64,000 bases of DNA from Vicinamibacterales bacterium (GTDB taxonomy: Bacteria; Acidobacteriota; Vicinamibacteria; Vicinamibacterales; 2-12-FULL-66-21), in NCBI GenBank assembly GCA_035637115.1, contig DASPXV010000108.1, positions 6,386 through 70,385 on the forward strand, read 5' to 3'. Position 1 is the first letter of the stretch. Each line of letters opens with the position of its first letter. Below are positions 1 through 10,705 of the stretch, piece by piece. The position numbers were made by a program, and so were the translations under genes. A model generated the notes under the pieces. The model was given only the letters and a program-made list of their open reading frames with translations, searched no databases and was not told the origin of the DNA.

Positions 1-367
1 CCGACGTCGATCCCGATAACGCCAATTCGAAATCGTGAATGACGCCGGCGCCGTTCATCGCCAGCGCCGATATGAAACCCCGCTCCATCAGATCGATCAG
101 GACAGGCGAGAGACCGGTCTTCAGGACATGCGCTCCGAGGCCCCAGAGGATGCCGCGCTTCTCCTCGCGCGCCGACGCGACGGCCTGCACCACGGCCTTG
201 AAATCGGCGCCGGCGAGAATGGCGGGCAGCGATGCGACCAGCGCGCGGGCGCCATCGCCCGGCTTGTACACGCTGGCGAAATCCGCGTGGACGGCCTTGC
301 TCTTGCGGCTGGCGAGCGGGTACGTTTTCAAGCCCGACAGGTCGAATTCCTCGTAGCTGAACTTCAC
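1..367 (-). CDS. conserved hypothetical protein, partial (C-terminal part runs off the window start)
   Basis: Absent from the ORF track because the window edge truncates it. My minus-strand translation from GTG at 367 reads VKFSYEEFDLSGLKTYPLASRKSKAVHADF...GAHVLKTGLSPVLIDLMERGFISALAMNGAGVIHDFELAL. It lies 27 nt downstream of the queA stop. It loosely resembles deoxyhypusine-synthase-like fold proteins; family not firmly recognised. Confidence 0.45.
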   Translation of the reverse strand, partial: MKFSYEEFDLSGLKTYPLASRKSKAVHADFASVYKPGDGARALVASLPAILAGADFKAVVQAVASAREEKRGILWGLGAHVLKTGLSPVLIDLMERGFISALAMNGAGVIHDFELALSGSTS

Positions 368-394
368 GGCGCGACTATACCAACGTCCAACCTC

Positions 395-1471
395 TTAGAG
401 AATGAGCATCGCGTCGCCATAGCTGTAGAACCGATAGCGCCGCTCCACCGCGTCGCGATAGGCCGCGAGCACATGCTCGCGGCCGGCGAATGCCGAGACG
501 AGCATCAGCAGCGACGACTTCGGCAGGTGGAAGTTCGTCATCAGTCCGGAGACGACGCGGAATTCGAATTCTGGATAGATGAAGATCTCCGCCATCGCGG
601 TTCCCGCTCGGACGCGGCCGCTGCCGCGCCTCGCCGCGTCCTCGAGCGCGCGCGTTGTCGTCGTACCCACGGCGACCACACGGCGGCCGGCGTCGAGGGC
701 GGCATTGATCGATCTCGCCGCCGCGTCCGAGATTTCATACGGCTCCGGATCGACGACGTGATCTTCAACGTGCTCGGCGCGAACGGGTTTGAACGTGCCG
801 TAGCCGACGTGCAGCGTGACGGTCGTCCGCTCGATGCCCGCACGATCGAGCGCCTCGAGCAGCGCGGCGTCGAAGTGCAGCCCCGCCGTCGGCGCTGCGA
901 CGGAGCCGCGATGCGCCGCGAAGACGGTCTGGTATCGCTCGCGATCTTCCGGCGTGTCGTCGCGATGAATGTACGGCGGCAGCGGCACGTGCCCCATCGC
1001 ATCGACGAGCGCCTCGACGCCATCCCCCTGCTCCGCCCACAGGCGGATCCGCCGCCGTCCGAAGAACTGGCGTTCCAGAACCTCCGCCATCAGGACGCCG
1101 GACGGGTGCTGGAATCGCACGAGCGCGCCCGGTTTCAGTTTCTGGCCGGGGTGCATGAGGGCGGACCAGAGTTGGGAGGTCGGAGGTCGGAGGTCGGAGG
1201 TTGGAGGTTCTGGTTCTCGACTCAGTAATAGACATTCGACGGTTCCACCGCTTGGTACTCGATGGCCGAGGAGCCGGGCGGGAAACACGCGCGTGTCGTT
1301 CGCGACGAGCAGCTCTCCCTCGCGCAGAAAGCGCGGCAGATCGCTGACAACCGCGTGTTCGATGTGGCCGGAGTTGCGGGCGAGAACGAGCAGACGCGAG
1401 GTTCCGCGTGGCAGAGCCTGCTGAGCGACCAGCTCTTCAGGCAGCTCGAAATCGAAATCGGAAACATTCAC
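395..1471 (-). CDS. queA: S-adenosylmethionine:tRNA ribosyltransferase-isomerase
   Basis: 358 aa. N-terminus MNVSDFDFELPEELVAQQALPRGTSRLLVL and C-terminus FYSYGDAMLIL are the QueA signature; length is typical. Confidence 0.9.
   Translation of the reverse strand: MNVSDFDFELPEELVAQQALPRGTSRLLVLARNSGHIEHAVVSDLPRFLREGELLVANDTRVFPARLLGHRVPSGGTVECLLLSREPEPPTSDLRPPTSQLWSALMHPGQKLKPGALVRFQHPSGVLMAEVLERQFFGRRRIRLWAEQGDGVEALVDAMGHVPLPPYIHRDDTPEDRERYQTVFAAHRGSVAAPTAGLHFDAALLEALDRAGIERTTVTLHVGYGTFKPVRAEHVEDHVVDPEPYEISDAAARSINAALDAGRRVVAVGTTTTRALEDAARRGSGRVRAGTAMAEIFIYPEFEFRVVSGLMTNFHLPKSSLLMLVSAFAGREHVLAAYRDAVERRYRFYSYGDAMLIL
1175..1209. repeat. heptanucleotide tandem repeat (GGAGGTC/GGAGGTT x5) inside the queA CDS
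   Basis: Read directly: ggaggtc ggaggtc ggaggtc ggaggtt ggaggtt. It encodes PEPPTSDLRPPTSQLW on the minus strand. Confidence 0.85.
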
Positions 1472-1524
1472 CGGGGCCGTCTACCCTCGGCGTTCATCTT
1501 GCACCGCTCACGGCTCAGATTGTA

Positions 1525-2733
1525 ATGGGCGAAGAACATCACATCCTGACCGGTACGCGAGGCGTCGAGCCTGCGCGCGCTCCATTGCCGCCGACGAAAG
1601 GGGCGCCCGAGGAACCGCCGCCGACGGTGGTGGACGTCAACGAAGGGCCGGGCCTGGCTATCGCGATCGTGGCGGCGATCGCGCTGGTCTACCTGCTGCA
1701 GTGGACGCAGTCGGTCCTCATTCCCGTCGTGATCGGGATTCTCGTTGCCTACGCGATGGAGCCGCTCGTCTCCACGATGGAGCGAGCGAAGATTCCGCGG
1801 TCCGTCGGCGCGGCCGCCGCACTCGTCATGCTGGTCGGTGTGCTCAGTCTTGGCACGTACAGCCTGTCCGGACAGGCGCTGCAGATCGTGCGGCAGGTTC
1901 CGGAAGCGGCGCAGCGCATTCGCGAGCGCGTCCGCAACCGCACCGTGCACACGGGCGCCCTGGGCGAAGTGCAGAAGGCCGCGACCGAGCTGCAGAGGAC
2001 GGCGGAAGTGGCATCGGCACAGTCGGAGCCCAAGCGGGATCCGAGCACGCCACCAGTGCAGAGAGTCGAGATCGTCGAACCGGCGTTCGATGCGAGGAGC
2101 TATCTGTACTGGGGAGGCATGAACCTGCTCGGCGCCACCGGACAGTTCGCGGTGGTTCTGTTCCTGGTCTATTTCTTCCTCGTCACGGGCGACTTGTACA
2201 AACGAAAGATCGTGAAGATCGCGGGACCCGCGCTCTGGCAGAAGAAGCTGACCGTGCAGATTCTCGACGAAATCAACATGCAGATCTCGAGTTTTATCCG
2301 GGTCCAGGTCTTGACGAGCGCGCTCGTCGCAGTAGCCACCGGCGTCGCGCTGTATTTTCTCGGTGTGCAGCAGTACATCATCTGGGGACTGCTGGCCGGG
2401 ATCTTCAATTCAATCCCTTACCTCGGCCCCGTGCTCGTGTCGGGCGGCCTGGCGATCGTCGCGTTCATCCAGTTCAATAACATCGAGAAGACGGTGCTCG
2501 TCTGCACCGTCGCGTTCCTGATCACCAGTCTCGAAGGATTCCTGCTGACGCCCGCGCTCATGGGTCGTGCGGCACGGATGAATCCCGTCGCGATCTTCGT
2601 CGGGCTCCTGTTCTGGAGCTGGATCTGGGGCGTCTGGGGCGCGGTCCTCGCCGTGCCGATGCTGATGATGATCAAGGCGGTCAGCGATCACGTCGAGGAT
2701 CTGCAACCGCTCGCCGAGCTGCTCGGCGAGTGA
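1525..2733 (+). CDS. AI-2E family (PerM/YhhT-like) membrane transporter
   Basis: Multi-TM protein with the family-typical NSIPYLGP and WGxxG(A)xLAVP segments. I chose ATG at 1525 (MGEEHH...) because the track start at 1408 would overlap the divergent queA. Confidence 0.8.
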   Translation: MGEEHHILTGTRGVEPARAPLPPTKGAPEEPPPTVVDVNEGPGLAIAIVAAIALVYLLQWTQSVLIPVVIGILVAYAMEPLVSTMERAKIPRSVGAAAALVMLVGVLSLGTYSLSGQALQIVRQVPEAAQRIRERVRNRTVHTGALGEVQKAATELQRTAEVASAQSEPKRDPSTPPVQRVEIVEPAFDARSYLYWGGMNLLGATGQFAVVLFLVYFFLVTGDLYKRKIVKIAGPALWQKKLTVQILDEINMQISSFIRVQVLTSALVAVATGVALYFLGVQQYIIWGLLAGIFNSIPYLGPVLVSGGLAIVAFIQFNNIEKTVLVCTVAFLITSLEGFLLTPALMGRAARMNPVAIFVGLLFWSWIWGVWGAVLAVPMLMMIKAVSDHVEDLQPLAELLGE

Positions 2734-2736
2734 GCG

Positions 2737-5700
2737 TCACCGCACCGTCACGCGCACCGCGCCCGTGACCGAGAACTGTCCCGTCGCCAGGCTGAAGCCA
2801 TAGACGACGATGTCGTAGGTGCCGGCCGGCAGTCCGGCGACGCGCACGCCAAATCCGCTCTGAAGGAAACGCGCGCCGAACACCGCGGCCACGTCGGGAC
2901 GGGCGCCGCCGTATGCGGCCACACCGATGAAGCGCGGCGCGCTTCCATCCACGGGATGCGCCCAGACGTGCAGGACGTCGAGGCCGGTGCCCGTCGCGGG
3001 GCCGGCAGGATCGAACGCCCATCCCGCGACCAGGAACGGCTGCCCGACCGCCGCGCCCGCCGACGGTATGTCGATGACGACGCGCGCCGGCTGCTCCGCC
3101 ACTCGCTGTGCCTCGATGACGACGTCGATGCGAATCTGGCGTTCCGTACCCGCCTCGCGCCGCACGAAGACGAGCGGGTGCGTACCGCCGAACCCGAGTC
3201 CGGGAGCCCACGAGAACACACCGCTCTGCGCATCGAGATGCGATCCGACGGGGAGTCCGACCAGCTGGTCACCCGCGATCCCGTAGCCGCGATAGGTCAC
3301 GCCGGGCCGCGCGCCGTCGCCGAGATTCACTTCGAGGCGTTCGAGCTGGACGACGCGGTATTGACGCACGTCGCGGGGATCGACCGGCGCGAGGATCGGT
3401 GGATTGTCCGCAATGGCGGCATTCGATCGGATGACGGTGCTGCTGCTCGGCGTGGCATCGAGAACCAGCGAGCTGCCGCTGTTCGCCACGGTGAAATAAC
3501 GGCTGCCGATGCCCGACGTGATGCCACCGTCATCGGTCGCGATCCACGCGATCGTGTGGACGCCGTTCGACAGCTGGGTCGTGTCGATGATGCGGTAGCC
3601 GACCGCGCCGTCCGTGTTCTTGTAGCCGGGCAGCGTCTGCTGGATGTCCGACCGGGCGAGGTTGTACGTGACCGTGCCGATCGTCATCGAGTCGATCAGC
3701 ACGTTGATCGTCGATCCGTCGATCGGAATCATCTTCGGTTGCGGCGTGAGCACCCAGCCGAAGTTCACGAAGGCGGTACCCGAGACCATGCCGCCCTGGG
3801 TCGGCGTATCGATCGTGCCGAACGGCGCCGTCGCCGTCGCGTTCGTACACGTGATCGTCTTGAAGCCAAGCAGCGCGGACCTTCCCTCTACATCCGTCGC
3901 ATACGCGTAAAGGGTGAAGGTACCGTTGCCTTGGTTCGGCAGGGCGTTCGTCAGCAGCATGTAGCCCCAGCCGGCCTGATCCTTCAGCGGCTTCGTCGGA
4001 TAGATCGCCGCGACGTCGGGACGCGCGCCGCTGACGAAGACGCCGTTGCCGACGAATATCAGCTGGTTCGGATTCTCGGGTGTCACCGAGGTCCGGAAGA
4101 TCTGCACCTGCGTAACGCCGACGTCGTCGAGCGCCCAGCCGGTCACCGCAATCGCGCCGGTCACGTTGGACTGCCCGTCCGACGGCGAGTCGATGAACCC
4201 GATCGGCGGGCCCGCCTGGTCCGGCGTGAGCACGGTGAGGTTGACCGTCGCCGTGGGCGAATTCGCCGAACCGACGGCGGTCACCGTCACGGTCGACGTC
4301 GCCGCGCCGGGCGCCGGCAGCAGCGCCGGGTTGGACGTGATCGTCGCCGTGATCGCGCCGGGTCCGGATCCCGACGCGGGACTCACCGACAGCCAGGACA
4401 CGTCTGACACCGCCGTCCACGTCACCGTGCCGGGACCGTTTTGCAGGAGCGTCAGGGTTTGCCCCGGCGTCACGGCGGTGATCGTTCCCGCCGAATTGAT
4501 GACGCCGAAGTTCACGGTGGATGGCGTCAGCGTCAGCGTCGGCGTCGGGTTGATCGTCACCGAGAAGTTGCGCGATCCGGTGCATCCGTTGACGTCGGTC
4601 GCAATCACCATAAAGTCGAACGTCCCGGCCGTCGTCGGCGTGCCGCTCAACACGCCGGCGCTCGAGAGCGCCAGGCCCGGAGGCAGCGTGCCGATGCTCA
4701 GGAACGTCGCGGTGCCGTTCCCGCCCGACTGCGTGAACGTGGTCGTCGGGTAGGCGTTGCCGACCGTTCCAGCCGAAACCGAAGACGGGCTGACCGTGAT
4801 CGTCGGACACGGTACCGTCGTGGTCGCGGTCGCGCTGGTGCTACATGGCTCGGAACTGCTCGACACCGTGACCGTGTTGTTGATCTGTGTTCCCAGCGTG
4901 ACGGAGCTCGCCACGGTGCCGGTCAGCGTAAACGTGTAGGTGAGGCTCACCGACGGCGCGACGGCGATGTCGGTCAAGCTAAACGGGGGAAAAAAGCCGA
5001 CCAACGTCGCCGCACCGGTGGCCAGGTTGATCGTGTACTCGCCGGTGGCGCCGCCAACGGTCAGCAGCGCGTACGCCGTGCCTGACGGCGAGATATCGAA
5101 GCCGGCGATCTCCGACGTATCGACGCCGAGCGGGCCAACGGCGGTGAGGACGCCCGAGTTCGGCGACGTCGGTGTGCCGTTGATGCTGCCGAGCAGGAAC
5201 AGCTCGTCAGTCAACGAATCGATGACGTACAGCGTCGTGGCGATCGCGCCGGCGACGTTGTTCGTGTACGCCGCCGCCACCACGTTCAGGGGTGGCGTCA
5301 GGGGGGTGTCGGTCGCGGCAAGCGCGCCGGTGTCGGGATTGATGCGGATGTTCTGCTCGAAGTCGCTGACGACGCGCAGACGATCGACAACCGGATTGAA
5401 ATCGACGCCAAAGGAAGTGCCGTTCAATGTGAAGCTGCCCGCCGTGCCGACCTGCGTCGCGGCGCCGGTGGTGGTGTTGATCTGATACAGCCGGCTGGTG
5501 CTGCCGACGCCATACAGCGTCTGCGTCGCGGGACGGAGGTCGATGCCCAGGAGCACTTCTCCCGACTGAAGGCCTGTCACCGGCACGGCGCTCAGCAGGA
5601 TGCCCGGCGAGTGGCTGGCGAAGGTCATGAGCAGGTTGCTGCTCGTGATGGCATAGATTCGATCCGGGTCGTAGTTGAACGTGCACGTCACCGTACCGGT

Positions 5701-6081
5701 GCCGCCCACCGCCGGAGTCGTGCAGGTGGTGCCGGCCGGCGACACGAGCGACTGAAACTGCACGCCGGCGGGCAGCACGTCGGTGAGCGTCGCGTTCAGC
5801 AACGGCGTCGAGCGGCTCAGATTGATCGTGTAGGTGAGCGCGCCGCCGGGACTGACCGGATCGGGACTGTCGGCGATCGTCAGCGTGAGTCCGCTGCACG
5901 CCTGCGCCCAGAGTCGAATCTGCTCGACGCTCGCGAGCGCCGCGACCACGAATGCGAACAGGATCCACTTGGAGGAGGGTCGGAGAGAAGGGATCGTCAC
6001 AGAGCACCTCGCTGGACGCGCCGCCCGAGTCGCCGACAAGCTCGACCATTGCGAGCGCGGCCGGCGTGACAAGGAGAGCAC
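2737..6081 (-). CDS. large secreted multidomain protein (DUF11 repeats, DUF4394 beta-propeller-like region, He_PIG/BACON-like Ig domains, three C-terminal GWAxD Ig-like modules)
   Basis: 1114 aa with a hydrophobic N-terminal signal (KWILFAFVVAALASV). DUF4394-like stretch: LGIDLRPATQTLYGVG...GVDFNPVVDRLRVVSDFEQNIRINPDTG. Putative Ig motif: GTLPPGLALSSAGVLSGTPTTAGTFDF. An alternative GTG start at 6000 is possible. Confidence 0.8.
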   Translation of the reverse strand: MLSLSRRPRSQWSSLSATRAARPARCSVTIPSLRPSSKWILFAFVVAALASVEQIRLWAQACSGLTLTIADSPDPVSPGGALTYTINLSRSTPLLNATLTDVLPAGVQFQSLVSPAGTTCTTPAVGGTGTVTCTFNYDPDRIYAITSSNLLMTFASHSPGILLSAVPVTGLQSGEVLLGIDLRPATQTLYGVGSTSRLYQINTTTGAATQVGTAGSFTLNGTSFGVDFNPVVDRLRVVSDFEQNIRINPDTGALAATDTPLTPPLNVVAAAYTNNVAGAIATTLYVIDSLTDELFLLGSINGTPTSPNSGVLTAVGPLGVDTSEIAGFDISPSGTAYALLTVGGATGEYTINLATGAATLVGFFPPFSLTDIAVAPSVSLTYTFTLTGTVASSVTLGTQINNTVTVSSSSEPCSTSATATTTVPCPTITVSPSSVSAGTVGNAYPTTTFTQSGGNGTATFLSIGTLPPGLALSSAGVLSGTPTTAGTFDFMVIATDVNGCTGSRNFSVTINPTPTLTLTPSTVNFGVINSAGTITAVTPGQTLTLLQNGPGTVTWTAVSDVSWLSVSPASGSGPGAITATITSNPALLPAPGAATSTVTVTAVGSANSPTATVNLTVLTPDQAGPPIGFIDSPSDGQSNVTGAIAVTGWALDDVGVTQVQIFRTSVTPENPNQLIFVGNGVFVSGARPDVAAIYPTKPLKDQAGWGYMLLTNALPNQGNGTFTLYAYATDVEGRSALLGFKTITCTNATATAPFGTIDTPTQGGMVSGTAFVNFGWVLTPQPKMIPIDGSTINVLIDSMTIGTVTYNLARSDIQQTLPGYKNTDGAVGYRIIDTTQLSNGVHTIAWIATDDGGITSGIGSRYFTVANSGSSLVLDATPSSSTVIRSNAAIADNPPILAPVDPRDVRQYRVVQLERLEVNLGDGARPGVTYRGYGIAGDQLVGLPVGSHLDAQSGVFSWAPGLGFGGTHPLVFVRREAGTERQIRIDVVIEAQRVAEQPARVVIDIPSAGAAVGQPFLVAGWAFDPAGPATGTGLDVLHVWAHPVDGSAPRFIGVAAYGGARPDVAAVFGARFLQSGFGVRVAGLPAGTYDIVVYGFSLATGQFSVTGAVRVTVR

Positions 6082-6106
6082 TGTAGCACGCGGCAGTTAA
6101 GGGATT

Positions 6107-6568
6107 TCAGATCAACTGACGGCCGATCCAGCTGCCGAGGAGCCACAGGAGCAGCAGCGGCAGCATCGCCGCGGCGGCGAGCAGCACGCAGCAGAAGATA
6201 ACGAAGATCCAGTCGCCGCGAGTGGGCCGTTGTCCCGGCATCGCGTGCCGTTCGAGCAGCGCGAGGTTCCACACGGTGGCCTTCCACCCGAAGTCGAAGA
6301 GATCGCCGACGACGGGGACCACGCCGGCCGCGGCGTCGATGAGGGCGTTGAGCACCATCCGTGCGAGGACGATCTTCGGCACCTTGAGGCGCGCGCCATG
6401 CCAGACCATGAACATCGACAGGATGGGGGACGCGAGGTCGCCGATGCCCGGCACCAGCCCGAGGAGCGGATCGATGCCGAATGTGATCTGCGTGCCCGGA
6501 ATGCGGAACGCGCTGTCAAAGATCCGCGCCCACCGCCGAAGCACCTCGAGCCCGCGCTGGTCCTTCAT
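6107..6568 (-). CDS. DUF4112 family membrane protein
   Basis: Only the C-terminal 153 aa of the 553-aa track ORF is credible: [48 protein letters not shown]...[15 protein letters not shown], a DUF4112-like pattern. The upstream part of that ORF is antisense to glgX. Confidence 0.75.
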   Translation of the reverse strand: MKDQRGLEVLRRWARIFDSAFRIPGTQITFGIDPLLGLVPGIGDLASPILSMFMVWHGARLKVPKIVLARMVLNALIDAAAGVVPVVGDLFDFGWKATVWNLALLERHAMPGQRPTRGDWIFVIFCCVLLAAAAMLPLLLLWLLGSWIGRQLI

Positions 6569-6625
6569 AGATTCCCACGTTACCCGATTTCCAAATTCCC
6601 ACATTTCCACATTTCCACATTCCAA
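6569..6625. promoter_or_regulatory. 57-bp divergent intergenic region with an 8-nt tandem repeat (CACATTTC x3, 6600-6623)
   Basis: Locally AT-richer spacer between the DUF4112 start (6568) and the glgX start (6626). Repeats read directly: attccca...attccca catttcca catttcca cattcc. Confidence 0.4.
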
Positions 6626-8812
<2,187 letters not shown>

Positions 8813-8815
8813 AGA

Positions 8816-10705
8816 TTGGCGAAGAAGGTAGCGAGGCCGGCGACTGCGACGCCGCGCCGAGAGCTTGACTCGCAGTTGTTGCGGCGCGTCATCGTCGAAG
8901 GCGTCACGCCGCAGGTGGACGAGGGGCGGTATCCCGCGAAGCGGACCGTCGGCGAAGACGTGGTCGTCGAGGCTGATGTGTACGCCGACGGGCACGATGT
9001 CATCGCGGCAGTGCTGCTGTGGCGCAAGCAAGGGGACGCGAAGTGGCGCGAAACGCGGATGGCGCCGCTCGGCAACGATCGGTTTCGTGCGTCATTCAAG
9101 GCGGAACGCGAGTTCGCCACCTACGAGTTCACGATCGAGGGCTGGGTCGATCGTCGCGAGACGTGGAGGCAGGGACTCGAAAAGAAGATCGCCGCCGGCC
9201 AGGACGTCACCAGCGAGCGGCTCGAAGAGAAGCTGCTGCCGAAGGATGCCGGCCGCAGCGCAGGAACACGGTACGAGCGCGTGCTCTCCGTGATTGTCGA
9301 ACGTGAGCGCGCGCGTTTCGGCGCCTGGTACGAAATGTTCCCGCGCTCCGCGGGAACCGACCCTACGCGAAGCGCCACGTTCGCCGAGGCGCAGCGGCTC
9401 CTTCCGTACGTCGCCGCGATGGGATTCGACGTGCTGTATCTCGCGCCCATTCACCCGATCGGCCGCAGCTTCCGCAAGGGGCGCAACAACGCGCTGACGC
9501 CCGAGCCTGGCGATCCGGGGAGCCCGTGGGCGATTGGTGCGGAAGAAGGGGGGCACACGGCAATCGATCCCGGACTCGGCACGCTGGCCGATTTCGAGAA
9601 GTTCGTGAAGGCCGCGAAGAAACACGGACTCGAGATCGCCCTCGATATCGCGTACCAGGCGTCACCGGATCATCCGTACGTGAAGGAACACCCGGCCTGG
9701 TTCCGCCATCGTCCTGACGGAACCATCAAGTACGCGGAGAACCCGCCGAAGAAATACCAGGACATCTATCCATTCGATTTCGAGTCCGACGATTGGCCGG
9801 CGCTCTGGCTCGAACTGAAGCGGGTGATCGAGTTCTGGATCGGGCGCGGCGTCGCGATCTTCCGCGTCGACAATCCGCACACGAAGCCATTCGGGTTCTG
9901 GGAATGGGCGCTTGGCGACATTCGCCGCGCGCATCCCGAAACGATTTTCCTTGCCGAAGCGTTCACGCGGCCGAAGATCATGCGGCACCTCGCGAAGATC
10001 GGCTTCTCGCAGTCGTACTCGTACTTCACATGGCGGAATACCAAGGACGAACTCGAGGAGTACTTCACCGAGCTCACCGGGACGGACGTGCGTGACTACA
10101 TGCGTCCCAACCTGTTTGCGAACACGCCCGACATCCTTCACGAGTACCTGCAGAAGGGGGGCCGTCCCGCGTTCGAAGTGCGCCTGATGCTCGCGGCAAC
10201 GCTCGGCGCAAACTACGGGATCTACAGCGGGTTCGAGCTCTGCGAGAACGTGCCGGTAAAGGAAGGCAGCGAAGAGTACCTGGACTCGGAGAAATACCAG
10301 ATCAAGCCCCGGGATTTCCAGCAGGCCGATAGCCTCAGCGAGCTGATCGCGAGGATCAACGGCATCCGCCGCGCGCATCCGTCACTGCAGTTCGATCGCG
10401 GCCTCGAGTTTCACGAAACCGACAACCCGCAGTTGATTTGCTACTCGAAGCGCGCGCCCGATGACACCGATCCGATCCTGGTTATCGTCAATCTGGATCC
10501 CCTGAACATGCAGCACGGCCACGTCAAGCTGCCGTTATTTGACTGGAAGCTGCCGCTCGATTCGATCGTCGAAGCGGAAGATCTCCTGTGGGAAGAAACC
10601 TATACGTGGCGCGGCGAGTGGAATTACGTTCGCCTCGATCCGCAGTCGCGCGTCGCCCACGTGCTCGCGCTGCGGCTGCCGGAGCCCGTCGACGCCAATG
10701 AGTGA
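8816..10705 (+). CDS. glgE: alpha-1,4-glucan:maltose-1-phosphate maltosyltransferase GlgE
   Basis: 629 aa. VIVEGVTPQVDEGRYPAKRTVGEDVVVEADVYADGHD is the GlgE N-domain signature. FRVDNPHTKPFGFWEW and GFSQSYSYFTWRN motifs are present. TTG start 4 nt after the glgX stop. Confidence 0.9.
   Translation: MAKKVARPATATPRRELDSQLLRRVIVEGVTPQVDEGRYPAKRTVGEDVVVEADVYADGHDVIAAVLLWRKQGDAKWRETRMAPLGNDRFRASFKAEREFATYEFTIEGWVDRRETWRQGLEKKIAAGQDVTSERLEEKLLPKDAGRSAGTRYERVLSVIVERERARFGAWYEMFPRSAGTDPTRSATFAEAQRLLPYVAAMGFDVLYLAPIHPIGRSFRKGRNNALTPEPGDPGSPWAIGAEEGGHTAIDPGLGTLADFEKFVKAAKKHGLEIALDIAYQASPDHPYVKEHPAWFRHRPDGTIKYAENPPKKYQDIYPFDFESDDWPALWLELKRVIEFWIGRGVAIFRVDNPHTKPFGFWEWALGDIRRAHPETIFLAEAFTRPKIMRHLAKIGFSQSYSYFTWRNTKDELEEYFTELTGTDVRDYMRPNLFANTPDILHEYLQKGGRPAFEVRLMLAATLGANYGIYSGFELCENVPVKEGSEEYLDSEKYQIKPRDFQQADSLSELIARINGIRRAHPSLQFDRGLEFHETDNPQLICYSKRAPDDTDPILVIVNLDPLNMQHGHVKLPLFDWKLPLDSIVEAEDLLWEETYTWRGEWNYVRLDPQSRVAHVLALRLPEPVDANE

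Noticed and set aside
35-1228. 397-aa plus-strand ORF, and other long ORFs antisense to recognised genes. Examples: 10524-11882, 12165-13313, 13946-15685, 15686-17599, 32983-34296, 38684-39688, 45906-47408, 49894-51117, 54611-55582, 61415-62452, 61822-62913.
   Set aside because: Each lies opposite a gene with clear family motifs. Their translations are Arg/Ala/Pro/Gly-rich low-complexity strings with no recognisable domains. This is typical shadow-ORF behaviour in GC-rich DNA.
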